A stretch of DNA of 64,000 nucleotides from Verrucomicrobiota bacterium (GTDB lineage Bacteria; Verrucomicrobiota; Verrucomicrobiia; Limisphaerales; AAA164-E04). Below, piece by piece: positions 19,300 to 29,247 of this stretch. The position numbers and the translations under genes were made by a program. The stretch's first letter is position 1. Every line of letters starts with the position of its first letter. The notes below the pieces were generated by a model. That model searched no databases. It saw only the letters and a program-made list of their open reading frames with translations, and was not told where the DNA came from. The stretch covers positions 1,408,001-1,472,000 of the forward strand of contig CP170459.1 in NCBI GenBank assembly GCA_047947115.1, in the 5' to 3' direction.

Positions 19300-19863
19300 A
19301 TGTCACGATCCACATTCACCAGCATGATACTGATAGCCATCGGAGTGGTCTATCTGGAAGCTCGCTGGACGGTCATCGAGGGTGGATGGCGTTGCCAGAT
19401 CGATGTGTTGCCTGTGTTTGCGGCTTATGCCGCCTTGCATGGCCGGGTCGGTGTCATGGCCGGAGTGGCAGCGTTGGGTGGAGGCTGGTTCGATCTCTTG
19501 TCGGCCAACCCTCTTGGAACTTCCTTGCTGTCGTTGTTTTTGACTTCCTACATGTTGCATGGAATGCATGAATTGTTGTTGAAAGGCCAGATGGCGGCGC
19601 AGTTTTTTGTTTGTGTTTTAGCCGGAGTATTGAATCCGGTCATCGCCGGATTTGCTCTATGGGTGATGAGTGCTGATCCCATGTTGGGATGGGGAACGCT
19701 TTGGCAAGTGTTGATCAACGCCATTTGTTGTGGTTTGGCTGGACCTGTCCTTTTCCTAATCCTGAACCAGTTGGATCAAAACCTGTCTCATACGCCGACC
19801 GCCAAGCCCTGGAATCGTCCGGTGGTGGAGGTCAAACGCAGCAAGCATTATCACCAGTTTTAA
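19300..19863 (+). CDS. mreD: Rod shape-determining protein MreD
   Basis: Small polytopic membrane protein between mreC and mrdA; GWFDLLS..PLG motif. Confidence 0.8.
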   Translation: MSRSTFTSMILIAIGVVYLEARWTVIEGGWRCQIDVLPVFAAYAALHGRVGVMAGVAALGGGWFDLLSANPLGTSLLSLFLTSYMLHGMHELLLKGQMAAQFFVCVLAGVLNPVIAGFALWVMSADPMLGWGTLWQVLINAICCGLAGPVLFLILNQLDQNLSHTPTAKPWNRPVVEVKRSKHYHQF

Positions 19864-19869
19864 AACACC

Positions 19870-21834
19870 ATGAGTCCCGTGAGCAAAACAAGACATGCCG
19901 ACACCAGCCTGCAATGGCTGGCCATTGGACTGTTGTTCTGTTTTGGCATCCTGGCGGGCGGGCTTTGGTATGTGCAGATCCTTTCGTTCAAGAAATACGA
20001 GAAATACCGAGAAGTACAGTCCTATCGCACCGTGCGGGTTCCTGCTCCGCGCGGGCTTATCTTCGACCGTAACTCGGTTGTGCTGGCGGATAACGAACCT
20101 CAGTTCAACATCGTTGTTTATTTGGATCAGCTTCGGGATCAGTTTCTGGAGACCTATTACGAACTGAAAGGGGACCGCAAGCTGAGCTACGAAGAGCAGT
20201 TGGAACTGGGAGCTGATGCCAGATATCTCACGGTGAGTAATCTGGTGGATCAAGCAGGTGTGCTCATCAATGAACCGGTGCGCAAGCTGAAACGGAAGGC
20301 GTTTGAAGATCATTATAAACAATATCGATACGTGGCCATGCCTGTGCTGTTGAATCTCAGTCGTGAACAGATGGCTCGGTTTATGGAACAGGGATCCAGG
20401 CTGCATGGTTTTGATTTGGAGGTCCGTTCCAAACGCAAATATCCGCACGGCACCACCGCCGCGCATGTGCTGGGCTATATGCGAAAACGGAATCGGGTTT
20501 CGTCTGAAAATGCGCCGACCCTGCAGATGTCCTTTGACTATGAATTGCCTGACATCAAAGGGCAGGCGGGATTGGAAGGGCAGTTTGAAACGGAACTGGC
20601 TGGCGAGCCGGGTGCAAAGTCCATTCTGGTGAACAACTTGATCTATCGACAGGAGGAAGAGGAATGGTTGCCGTCCTTACCAGGTAAGAACCTTTACCTT
20701 ACTCTGGACACTCGTATTCAGAAATCAGCCGAGAAGGCTTTGACGCATTACGATCCCAACATTCGCGGCGCTATTGTGGTGATGGATTGCACGAATGGAG
20801 ATGTGTTGGCCATGGCATCCGCGCCCACCTTTGATCCCAACATTTTCAACCGATCCCTCTCTCATGCCATGTCCGATTGGTTGTTTGATGATGAAGGGCC
20901 CTTGCCATTGTTCAATCGTGCTACATTTGGTCGTTATCACCCCGGGTCCATTTTCAAGATCATGGTGGGTTTGGCTGGATTGGAACAAAATATTATCGAT
21001 CCCTCTGACAAGTTCTTGTCACTGGGCTATTTTCCACTTGGCAAGCGCAGGATCGATGACACGGCAGGCCCTGGTTATTTCGATTTTGAGAGGGCCTTAG
21101 CTAAATCCAGTAATCCATACTTCATTCATTATGGTTTGGAAATGGGACCTGAGGTCATCTTAGATTTCAGTCGACAGATTTTTCTTGGCGAAAAAACCGG
21201 TTTGCTGACGAATCAGGAAACCGGCGGTTACTTGCCCGCGCTTCAGGATCTCAAGCGCGGTTGGTATGATGGAGACACCGCCAATCTGAGCATAGGACAA
21301 GGAAAAATCGACGTGACCCCTCTCCAGATGGCGGTGATGACCTCGGCTGTCGCCAATGGTGGAACGGTCTATTGGCCGCGTGTTGTTGCTGGTTTGGAAA
21401 CGATGGATCCTGTTGGAGGAAAGATCTTTGAAAGAGAGCCTGTGGGGCGGGTGCGAGGGCGCTTGAAAGTATCCCAGGATACTCTGCAGGTGGTGCAGCG
21501 AGCCATGCTTGCCGATGTGCAGACGCTGGATGGCACGGGGCGCATCTGTAAGATTGATGGCTACCTTGTTGGAGGCAAGACCGGTACCGCAGAAACCAAC
21601 CAGAAGGTCAAAGGTGGGCGCATGATCAAGCATACCTGGTTTGTTTCTTATGCACCCTTTGATAACCCGAGGTATGCCGTGGTTGTATTTGTTGAAGATG
21701 GTATGAGCGGCGGAGCCAGTTGCGCTCCATTGGCTGAAAAGGTTTATCAAACGCTGAAAGACTTGCCTGATCCCGAGCCGGTCAAACCCCAACGAAAGCA
21801 GATGACGTTAACAGGTTATGAACGCGCCTTATAA
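19870..21834 (+). CDS. mrdA: Penicillin-binding protein 2
   Basis: APRGLIFDRN, SIFK (SxxK), SSN (SxN), KTGT. Confidence 0.93.
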   Translation: MSPVSKTRHADTSLQWLAIGLLFCFGILAGGLWYVQILSFKKYEKYREVQSYRTVRVPAPRGLIFDRNSVVLADNEPQFNIVVYLDQLRDQFLETYYELKGDRKLSYEEQLELGADARYLTVSNLVDQAGVLINEPVRKLKRKAFEDHYKQYRYVAMPVLLNLSREQMARFMEQGSRLHGFDLEVRSKRKYPHGTTAAHVLGYMRKRNRVSSENAPTLQMSFDYELPDIKGQAGLEGQFETELAGEPGAKSILVNNLIYRQEEEEWLPSLPGKNLYLTLDTRIQKSAEKALTHYDPNIRGAIVVMDCTNGDVLAMASAPTFDPNIFNRSLSHAMSDWLFDDEGPLPLFNRATFGRYHPGSIFKIMVGLAGLEQNIIDPSDKFLSLGYFPLGKRRIDDTAGPGYFDFERALAKSSNPYFIHYGLEMGPEVILDFSRQIFLGEKTGLLTNQETGGYLPALQDLKRGWYDGDTANLSIGQGKIDVTPLQMAVMTSAVANGGTVYWPRVVAGLETMDPVGGKIFEREPVGRVRGRLKVSQDTLQVVQRAMLADVQTLDGTGRICKIDGYLVGGKTGTAETNQKVKGGRMIKHTWFVSYAPFDNPRYAVVVFVEDGMSGGASCAPLAEKVYQTLKDLPDPEPVKPQRKQMTLTGYERAL

Positions 21835-23017
21835 TCGTTGGAACCAGCATGTGGATTGGGTGCTCTGGCTGGCCTTGGCCGGTCTGGCAGTCATTGGGCT
21901 GGCGTTCATCTACAGCGCCGCGTCGGTCCACGGCCTGTCCGATCCTCAGCAATGGTATCAGCATCGCTTTGTGAAGCAAATGTTTGCGCTTGGGCTTGGG
22001 CTCGTTTTGGCAGGCGCTTTGTGTCTGGTTGATTACCACCTGATTGCTCGATGGTCTCTGGTGTTTTATTGGGCTTCCATTATTCTGTTGTTGCTCGTCC
22101 TTCTCTTCGATCCGGTTTATGGGGCGAGGAGGTGGATTTCGTTGGGGCCAATCAGATTGCAACCATCCGAGTTTGCTAAAATAGCCACCATTTGTGCTTT
22201 GGGTAACTTTTTAAGTCGACCTTTGGACGAACTCCGTGTGCCCAGTTTGTTTTTTCAAGCCCTGGGACTGATCGGGCTTCCATTTTGTTTGATCCTCATC
22301 GAACCCGATCTGGGATCTTCGCTCGTACTGATCCCGGTTGGATTGGTGATGATGTTCGTTGCCGGTATTCCAAGAACATTTCTGAGCCGCCTCGTCGGCG
22401 GCGCAGCTTTGATGATGGTGCTGGTGGTGATCGATACCCTTTTCTACCCCAAGTTGTTACCCGTAGTGCAGCTTGAGGAATATCAGAAAAACCGATTACG
22501 CGTTTATTTCGGAATGTCTTTTGCCCCGCCGGATGCGACTCCGACGGAAAAGCGAAACGCAGAAGTGGAAAAACGCAGATTCACCTACAACGTCGACCAG
22601 GCGTTGATTTCCGTCGGATCCGGCGGAATGACAGGAAAAGGATGGTGCCAGGGAACGCAAAACGCCCTTGGATACCTTCCAAAAACAGTGGCGCACAACG
22701 ACTTCATATTCTCCGTGATTGCCGAGGAGTGGGGGTTTTTGGGCAGCATGGCCGTGTTATGCCTCAATGCCGTGGTGGTGATCCAGGGTTTGAGAATCGC
22801 CTCCCAGGCCAGAGACCGGATGGGAAGGGTGATTGCGACAGGAGTAGTCATGCTTTGGTTCAGCCACGTCTTTATTAATATCGGCATGAACATAAGACTG
22901 ATGCCCGTGACCGGGTTACCCCTCCCCTTGTTGAGTGACGGAGGTTCTTCCGCACTCAGCTTCATGGTGGCTATGGGGCTTTTACAAAACGTCAAACTAT
23001 ACAAGAGGAACTATTAG
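21818..23017 (+). CDS. rodA: SEDS peptidoglycan glycosyltransferase RodA
   Basis: GARRWI, QPSEFAK, EPDLG, HNDFIFSVIAEEWG, PVTGLPLP. Confidence 0.93.
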   Translation: MNAPYNRWNQHVDWVLWLALAGLAVIGLAFIYSAASVHGLSDPQQWYQHRFVKQMFALGLGLVLAGALCLVDYHLIARWSLVFYWASIILLLLVLLFDPVYGARRWISLGPIRLQPSEFAKIATICALGNFLSRPLDELRVPSLFFQALGLIGLPFCLILIEPDLGSSLVLIPVGLVMMFVAGIPRTFLSRLVGGAALMMVLVVIDTLFYPKLLPVVQLEEYQKNRLRVYFGMSFAPPDATPTEKRNAEVEKRRFTYNVDQALISVGSGGMTGKGWCQGTQNALGYLPKTVAHNDFIFSVIAEEWGFLGSMAVLCLNAVVVIQGLRIASQARDRMGRVIATGVVMLWFSHVFINIGMNIRLMPVTGLPLPLLSDGGSSALSFMVAMGLLQNVKLYKRNY

Positions 23018-23028
23018 AATCATTTATT

Positions 23029-25092
23029 ATGAGTCAACGAAAAGGGAACCGCCGCAGGAGCGCCGGCATGAGATTTAAGCCGGCATCCGGCATTGGGCCA
23101 AAAAACAAGAAAGCAGTGAAAGCGGCCGCGGTCGCTCGTGCTGAGGTTTTGGGAAATCCAACCGCCGATGAGGAACCGGTTTATGACAACCGCAAACATG
23201 CCCGCGAAATTCAACGGGCGGAAAATCTGGCTTCCGGACTGCCGCCGGATATCACCGATGAGGCTTTGAAGGAAAAAGAGGAAGCCAAAAAACGAGAAGA
23301 GGAAAACACCTCCGAAGACGGTAAATCCGGTCAGGATCGCAAGAACAGTGGTCGAAGCAAAGGGAAACAAACCGGCCAGGAAGGCAGGAAATCAGGTGGT
23401 AAAGGTCGTGGGCAGAAAAAGGATGAGCCCTATAAACCGGTGGAATTCACCGAACCTGCTCCAAAAGGCATCGTTGGAACCCTCAAGGCGGCTGCTGACA
23501 AAGTCATTTCCCGCGTCAAACGCGTATTTATTCCGCTGCAAAAACAGCACAAAGAACTGATCATCAATGTAGAGCCTCTAGAATCCAGGGTGGCGGTGTT
23601 GGAAGATGGTGTCTTGGAAGAGTTCACCATTGAACGAAACGAAGACCATCGTCTGGTGGGCAGCATTTACAAGGGTGTCGTCAAAAACCTGGAAGATGGT
23701 CTGAAGGCTGCCTTTGTGGACATTGGTTTCGAAAAGAATGCCTTCCTCCACTACTGGGATATCGTTCCAAACAGTTTCGACAGCAACATCGAAATCGTGG
23801 AACGTAAGAAAGGTCGGAAACAAAGACCCAAGATTACTCAAAAGGATATTCCGCGCCTTTACCCGATCGGCACCGAAATCATCGTTCAGGTGACCAAGGG
23901 ATCCATCGGCACCAAAGGACCTCGTATCACCACCAACCTGGCCATTCCAGGTCGGTTTCTGGTCCTGTTGCCGAATTCCGACCAATGCGGTATCTCACGT
24001 AAAATCGACAATTCCCAGGAACGTCAGCGCCTCAAACAAATTGTCCGCAACCTGACCATTCCCGATGGCATGGGCGTCATCATTCGAACTGCCGGTCAAG
24101 GCCAGAAGGCTCGCTACTTTGTGCGCGATCTTGCCTTCCTGGTGGAGGAATGGAACCGGATACAGGACCATATCAACACCAAAAAGCCACCTTATTGCGT
24201 GTTCCAGGAGCCTGACTTGATCGAGCGCACGGTTCGGGATTTTCTGACGGAAGACGTCGAGCGCATCGTGGTGGATTCTCCCGATGAGCATAAGCGCATT
24301 CAAAAAACGATCACTCGCATCTCCAAACGTTCCATCGAAAAGGTAAAACTTTATCAGGATACTCAGGCGATCTTTGACCGGTTTGGCATAACGCGTCAAT
24401 TGCATAGCACCTTTGCCCGAACGGTGCACCTGAAGAGCGGGGGGTATATCGTCATTGATGAAACCGAAGCTTTGGTTGCGATCGACGTGAACACGGGACG
24501 CCACAAAAGCAGTCAGAAGGAAAAAGATTCGACCATCTTGAAGGTCAATCTCGAGGCCGCCGAGGAAATCACCCGCCAGCTCAGGCTGCGTAACATTGGA
24601 GGTTTGATTATTCTCGATTTCATTGACATGAAATCCAGAAAAGACCAGCAACAGGTCTATCAAAAAGTCAAAGAAGGATTGAAGCGTGACAAGGCCAAGA
24701 CCCATGTGCTGCCCATTTCTCAGTTGGGATTGCTGGAAATGACCCGCCAGCGCCAGACCGAGAGCGTGCGCGCTTCGGTTAACGACGACTGTCCTTACTG
24801 CAGCGGCAAAGGCAAGGTGAAGAGCGTGGTGACCATGAGTGTGGAAATTCAACGCAAACTCGGCGAAATTCTTAAGAAACGCCAGCGTGATGAATCCGAT
24901 TATCAGTTGATGATTGTCGTGAATCCAAAGGTGTTCAATCGCTTGCGCACGGAGGATGAACAGTTGGTGATTCAAATGGAGAAACAATACTTCGGAAAAC
25001 TGTCCTTCCGTCCTGATCCGTCTTATCACTACGAAGAGTTTCGTATTGTGGACTTGGGCAGCAATCGAGAACTCGCTCGATCCGAGTCTTAA
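23029..25092 (+). CDS. Rne/Rng-family ribonuclease with a long charged N-terminal extension
   Basis: S1 domain (GSIYKG..AAFVDIG), IDVNTG, LRNIGGLIILDFIDM, CPYC. Confidence 0.93.
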   Translation: MSQRKGNRRRSAGMRFKPASGIGPKNKKAVKAAAVARAEVLGNPTADEEPVYDNRKHAREIQRAENLASGLPPDITDEALKEKEEAKKREEENTSEDGKSGQDRKNSGRSKGKQTGQEGRKSGGKGRGQKKDEPYKPVEFTEPAPKGIVGTLKAAADKVISRVKRVFIPLQKQHKELIINVEPLESRVAVLEDGVLEEFTIERNEDHRLVGSIYKGVVKNLEDGLKAAFVDIGFEKNAFLHYWDIVPNSFDSNIEIVERKKGRKQRPKITQKDIPRLYPIGTEIIVQVTKGSIGTKGPRITTNLAIPGRFLVLLPNSDQCGISRKIDNSQERQRLKQIVRNLTIPDGMGVIIRTAGQGQKARYFVRDLAFLVEEWNRIQDHINTKKPPYCVFQEPDLIERTVRDFLTEDVERIVVDSPDEHKRIQKTITRISKRSIEKVKLYQDTQAIFDRFGITRQLHSTFARTVHLKSGGYIVIDETEALVAIDVNTGRHKSSQKEKDSTILKVNLEAAEEITRQLRLRNIGGLIILDFIDMKSRKDQQQVYQKVKEGLKRDKAKTHVLPISQLGLLEMTRQRQTESVRASVNDDCPYCSGKGKVKSVVTMSVEIQRKLGEILKKRQRDESDYQLMIVVNPKVFNRLRTEDEQLVIQMEKQYFGKLSFRPDPSYHYEEFRIVDLGSNRELARSES

Positions 25093-25107
25093 ACCTGATT
25101 CAACAGG

Positions 25108-25148
25108 GCGTGCGAGAGAGTGTAAAAACCCTCGCACGCTTTTTTTTT
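25108..25148 (+). terminator. Intrinsic terminator of the mre-rne operon
   Basis: GCGTGCGAG...CTCGCACGC followed by T9. Confidence 0.85.
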
Positions 25149-25289
25149 GCAAAAAGCTGCCTTTTTATCCGCCAAACACCTCAACCATTCTGTTTTTCAT
25201 GAGTTTTCCTTGGGATTGAGGTTGATTTAGGATTGAGGTTTTTTTAGGCTACTATCTTTTGAGGCATTGAACTTGCTAAGAAAACTGAG

Positions 25290-26255
25290 ATGCAAAAGAT
25301 TTACACCATATTGGCGCTTTGGCTTGTTTGTTGTTGGGCGACGCCATGTCATGCGGCTGAGACATACCCTTTCACCTTGGAAAACGGGAACGTGACCGAA
25401 GGTAGAATTTCCGTTATGGATGAAGAGAGTCTGGTTATCACCAAGACAAACGGGACTTTTACCGAAAGGATCGATTTGGTTTACCTCTCTCAGGACACGC
25501 TGAAGTATATCCAACAGCATCCCGAATACATTAAGAAGGGATATCACCAATATGTGGATCCTTTCATCGAATTGCCCGAAGAAGAAATCGAACCCCCGGA
25601 AATCACTGTGCGTCAACCTGAGCGCATGGAGCGTCCCGATGGCAAGACGACTTTCTTCTCCACATTGACCACGCCCATCGGCTTGCTCATTCTTGGTGCC
25701 GTGTATTTGGGGAATTTATTTGCCGCCTTTGAAATAGCTGTGTTCCGCGGACGCCCTATCCCCTTGGTATGCGGTGTGTCGGCGGTGCTTCCCATCATCG
25801 GTCCCATTCTGTTCATTTCCATGCCTGGTATCGAGACCGAATCCACCTATGACGAGTCTTATGATGACGGAGTTGCAGCTGCTCCGGAGGCTGCGCCCGA
25901 ATCCGCTCCTGCTCCGGGAGCCCCGGCCGCCAAATCCGGACTTGGATTGGCCAAAGGTGTCGGCGCTGGTGTGGGAGGAAGCGGGGGAGGTCTGGCCGGC
26001 TCTGTTTTCACCAAGGACGATACCCAGTTTAACCGCAGTTTTATTGAAACCAAGTTTAGTGAATTCTTCCGTGTTGTGCCTTCGCCTTCAATCAAGAACT
26101 TGGTTCTGGCGTTCAAGACTGTGAAGAGAGAGTTCGTGGCAACACGTATCACTCGTATTTCAGGCTCGGACCTCCACCTGCAATTGCAGCAAGGTTCCAA
26201 GGAAGTATCCATCGGCTTTGGGGAAATTGTCCGGATCGAAGTGCGCAATAAGTAA
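25290..26255 (+). CDS. Hypothetical exported/membrane protein
   Basis: Signal peptide, two central TM helices, Ala/Pro/Gly-rich linker, C-terminal beta domain. Confidence 0.75.
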   Translation: MQKIYTILALWLVCCWATPCHAAETYPFTLENGNVTEGRISVMDEESLVITKTNGTFTERIDLVYLSQDTLKYIQQHPEYIKKGYHQYVDPFIELPEEEIEPPEITVRQPERMERPDGKTTFFSTLTTPIGLLILGAVYLGNLFAAFEIAVFRGRPIPLVCGVSAVLPIIGPILFISMPGIETESTYDESYDDGVAAAPEAAPESAPAPGAPAAKSGLGLAKGVGAGVGGSGGGLAGSVFTKDDTQFNRSFIETKFSEFFRVVPSPSIKNLVLAFKTVKREFVATRITRISGSDLHLQLQQGSKEVSIGFGEIVRIEVRNK

Positions 26256-26386
26256 TTCCATCCGTTCGATTCAATCACCATCTTTTTTGTCACAACCTGG
26301 GTCGCATCTCGCGATCCGGGTTGTTTTGCCTTACTTTCTGATGTGTGAACTGGTCGTTCGGTAAAATTGTCCAATTGGTTTTTGTC

Positions 26387-27349
26387 ATGATACGAGCCAT
26401 ATTCTTAGGAACCGCAGAGATAGCATGCCCCATCGTCCAAACCTTGCATGAGATGCCGGACGTGGCCTTGCTGGGTGTCATTTCCCAACCCGACCGACCG
26501 CAGGGAAGAAAAATGAAACTCACTCCCACCCCGATCAAATCGATCGCTTTGGATCTGGGGTTGGAGATTTGGCAGCCCGAGCGGTTGCGGAAGGATCCGG
26601 CATGTATGGAATGGATCAAGTCCCTGCAGTTGGATGTCGCCATCGTGATGGCCTATGGCCAAATCCTCCCGGTTTCCGTCCTCCAAATGCCAAAGTTTGG
26701 TTGTTTGAATATTCACACCTCCTTGTTGCCTAAATACAGAGGTGCCGCTCCCATTCAATGGGCGATTTGGACCGGGGATGAAGTTACCGGAGTGACATTG
26801 ATGCAGATGGATAAAGGCATGGATACCGGACCCATCGTCGCAACTTCCCAGGTCCCTATAACCCCGCAAACAACCGCTCCCATGCTTCACGATCAATTGG
26901 CCGAGGCGGGAGCCGACCTCCTGAAGCGCAGTCTTGCAGATTATTGTGATGGTAAATTGGCCGTCACTCCCCAACCCGAACACGGAGTTAGCCATGCCCG
27001 CAAGATCGAGAAACAGGATGGTGCCATCGATTGGACCCGGTCTGCGGTCGAGTTGGATCGTCAAGTGAGGGCACTTTCACCCTGGCCGGGATGTTTTACC
27101 GATATACGCTTTTCGTCCGGCGGGGTTGAACGCTTGAAGATCAAAGCGGTTCAACCACTTGAACTCAAAGCAGAAGGGTTTGAACCCGGTGAGATTGTGC
27201 AAGCCGACAAAGAAGGCCTGATTGTGAAAGCGGGACATGGCGCATTGCGGCTTCTGGAGCTTCAACGCCAGGGTGGCAAGGCAATGGACGCGAAAGCTTT
27301 CCTTTTGGGGATGCCACTTGCTTCAGGGGACTGTTTGATGAAACCCTAG
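26387..27349 (+). CDS. fmt: Methionyl-tRNA formyltransferase
   Basis: SQPDRPQGR, AYGQIL, NIHTSLLPKYRGAAPIQ, MDTG. Confidence 0.96.
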   Translation: MIRAIFLGTAEIACPIVQTLHEMPDVALLGVISQPDRPQGRKMKLTPTPIKSIALDLGLEIWQPERLRKDPACMEWIKSLQLDVAIVMAYGQILPVSVLQMPKFGCLNIHTSLLPKYRGAAPIQWAIWTGDEVTGVTLMQMDKGMDTGPIVATSQVPITPQTTAPMLHDQLAEAGADLLKRSLADYCDGKLAVTPQPEHGVSHARKIEKQDGAIDWTRSAVELDRQVRALSPWPGCFTDIRFSSGGVERLKIKAVQPLELKAEGFEPGEIVQADKEGLIVKAGHGALRLLELQRQGGKAMDAKAFLLGMPLASGDCLMKP

Positions 27350-27494
27350 TTAATCATACAGTCATATGTGAATTAGTTGTTTGAGAAGATCGGGTTAACT
27401 TATTGATGGAGATGGGGTCGTTTGTTTTGTGCTTCTTAACAATCAATGATGATTATGTGTTGATTTTTGTGGTCCAATCAACCATAAATGGCAA

Positions 27495-27756
27495 TCGCCT
27501 GATCAAACCATAGCCTGGTTCTGAATGATCATGGCTGCAAATGGCCTGATAACAGTGAGTGGATCATCCTGATCTGGGGAGACCAAGATTCGCCTTTGTC
27601 TGAAGAGCCTGACAGATGGGCAATCCAGATCCGCTTGTTCTGATAAGGAAAGGCCGCCCGCATCTTGCACCATGCCGGATGCAGGTTTAAGAATTCCGTG
27701 GGGTGGGGACCCTTAGGAACGAAACCAGAAAAGGCTCCCGAAAGGGGGCCTTTTTT
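27495..27756 (+). ncRNA. Putative structured non-coding RNA (class unassigned; 6S-like architecture possible)
   Basis: No credible ORF. Nested long-range helices (27515-20/27723-28; 27530-47/27651-74; 27557-65/27628-36), 3' terminator, weak upstream TTGATT-N17-CATAAA. Confidence 0.55.
27729..27756 (+). terminator. Intrinsic terminator upstream of rpmE
   Basis: AAAAGGCTCCC-GAAA-GGGGGCCTTTTTT. Confidence 0.85.
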
Positions 27757-27807
27757 ATTTTTCGCTTGTCAAAGCCCGGATGCTTGCTAACGTTCCCGGC
27801 CTTATTT

Positions 27808-28101
27808 ATGAAAAGTGACATTCATCCGGAAAATTACAGGCCGGTAGTATTCAAGGACACAACTTCAGGATTCAGTTTCCTGAGCAAGTCCTGTGCACGC
27901 ACCACCCAGACAGTTCAGTGGGAAGACGGCAACGAATACCCATTGGTGATTCTTGGCATTAGTAGCGCATCCCATCCTTTCTATACGGGACAGCAAATGT
28001 TCGTGGATACCGCAGGCCGTGTTGACAAGTTTCAGCAACGTTTGGCCAAGACCAAACAGGCCCAGGAAAAGGCCGCTGCTTTCAAAAAGCGCAAGCGCTA
28101 A
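27808..28101 (+). CDS. rpmE: 50S ribosomal protein L31, type B (no Zn-binding Cys motifs)
   Basis: [17 protein letters not shown]...[21 protein letters not shown]. Confidence 0.95.
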   Translation: MKSDIHPENYRPVVFKDTTSGFSFLSKSCARTTQTVQWEDGNEYPLVILGISSASHPFYTGQQMFVDTAGRVDKFQQRLAKTKQAQEKAAAFKKRKR

Positions 28102-28167
28102 ACTTCTTTTGCACATCGCCCGCATGCGGTCTGTCGCAGACTGCCTGCGGGTGATTTGTATTTATTT

Positions 28168-29247
28168 ATGGACCTTCACCCATTCATTGCCCGATTCCAA
28201 CGCCGACTGGCAGAAGTGGAATCCGCGTTGGGGGATCCTTCCGTTTTCAATAACCAGAAGAAATCCCAGGAACTTTCGCGGGAATACAATCGCCTCAAAT
28301 CATTGGTGGCTCAGGGTGAAGCTTTCCAACGCATCGAATCTGAAATTCGCGACAACGAAGAACTCCTCGAATCCGAACCGTCCGATTCCGAAATGGCATT
28401 GATGGCCAAAGAAGATCTGGTGGAGCTTAAGGAGCGTTACGCTGAGGCCACTGTCGCACTCCAGATGGGCATTGTCCCTCCCGATCCCACTGACAGCCGT
28501 GACACCATCGTAGAAATCCGCGCCGGAGCAGGTGGTTCCGAATCGGCTCTGTTCTCCGCAGATCTCTACCGTATGTTCTCCCGTTATTCGGAAGACAGAG
28601 GATGGAAACTCGAAGTCATGGACAGCAGCCCTTCAGATCTGGGCGGTTTCAAGGAAATCATTTTCAGCATCAGGGGAGAGGATGTTTTCAAACGACTGAA
28701 GTATGAAAGCGGCGTGCATCGTGTCCAGCGTGTTCCTGTCACAGAAACGCAAGGAAGGGTGCATACCAGCACCTGCACCGTGGCTGTACTCCCTGAAGCC
28801 GAAGAGGTGGATGTGGAAATCAAGCCCGACGACATTGAAGTATCCGTCTGTCGTGCATCCGGACCGGGCGGCCAGGGGGTCAACACCACCGACTCCGCCG
28901 TTCAGATCCAACACAAACCAACCGGCCTGATCGTTCGATGTGCGGATGGTCGTTCGCAGCACCAAAACAAATTTCAGGCGATGACAGTGCTTCGATCTCG
29001 TCTGCTGGAACGAAAGATTGCCGAGGAAAACGCCAAATACGCCGCTCAGCGCAAAGCACAGGTCGGCACCGGCGAACGCAATGAACGCATCCGCACCTAT
29101 AATTTCCCCCAGAATCGCGTAACCGATCACCGCATCGAGCTGACGCTCTATAACTTGCCCGCACTGATGGACGGTGATCTGGACAGCGTGATTGAACCAC
29201 TCATGCAGGATGACCTGCAACACAAGCTGGAGGAAATGAATCTATGA
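28168..29247 (+). CDS. prfA: Peptide chain release factor 1
   Basis: PVT anticodon tripeptide, SGPGGQGVN, RIRTYNFPQ. Confidence 0.96.
   Translation: MDLHPFIARFQRRLAEVESALGDPSVFNNQKKSQELSREYNRLKSLVAQGEAFQRIESEIRDNEELLESEPSDSEMALMAKEDLVELKERYAEATVALQMGIVPPDPTDSRDTIVEIRAGAGGSESALFSADLYRMFSRYSEDRGWKLEVMDSSPSDLGGFKEIIFSIRGEDVFKRLKYESGVHRVQRVPVTETQGRVHTSTCTVAVLPEAEEVDVEIKPDDIEVSVCRASGPGGQGVNTTDSAVQIQHKPTGLIVRCADGRSQHQNKFQAMTVLRSRLLERKIAEENAKYAAQRKAQVGTGERNERIRTYNFPQNRVTDHRIELTLYNLPALMDGDLDSVIEPLMQDDLQHKLEEMNL

Noticed and set aside
23995..25152. Long antisense ORFs (e.g. 381-1247, 18423-19340, 23995-25152, 57884-58600)
   Set aside because: They are shadows of well-supported genes on the opposite strand and carry no recognisable motifs.
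27560..27595. TPP riboswitch (CCUGAUCUGG match)
   Set aside because: No UGAGA element or GCGNAGGGA 3' part, and the downstream gene is unrelated to thiamine.
27515..27728. Hammerhead ribozyme (CUGGUU...GAAACCAG ends, CUGAAGA at 27600)
   Set aside because: The stem before GAAA is preceded by UUUAAGA rather than CUGANGA, and the CUGAAGA at 27600 is not followed by stem II plus GAAA.
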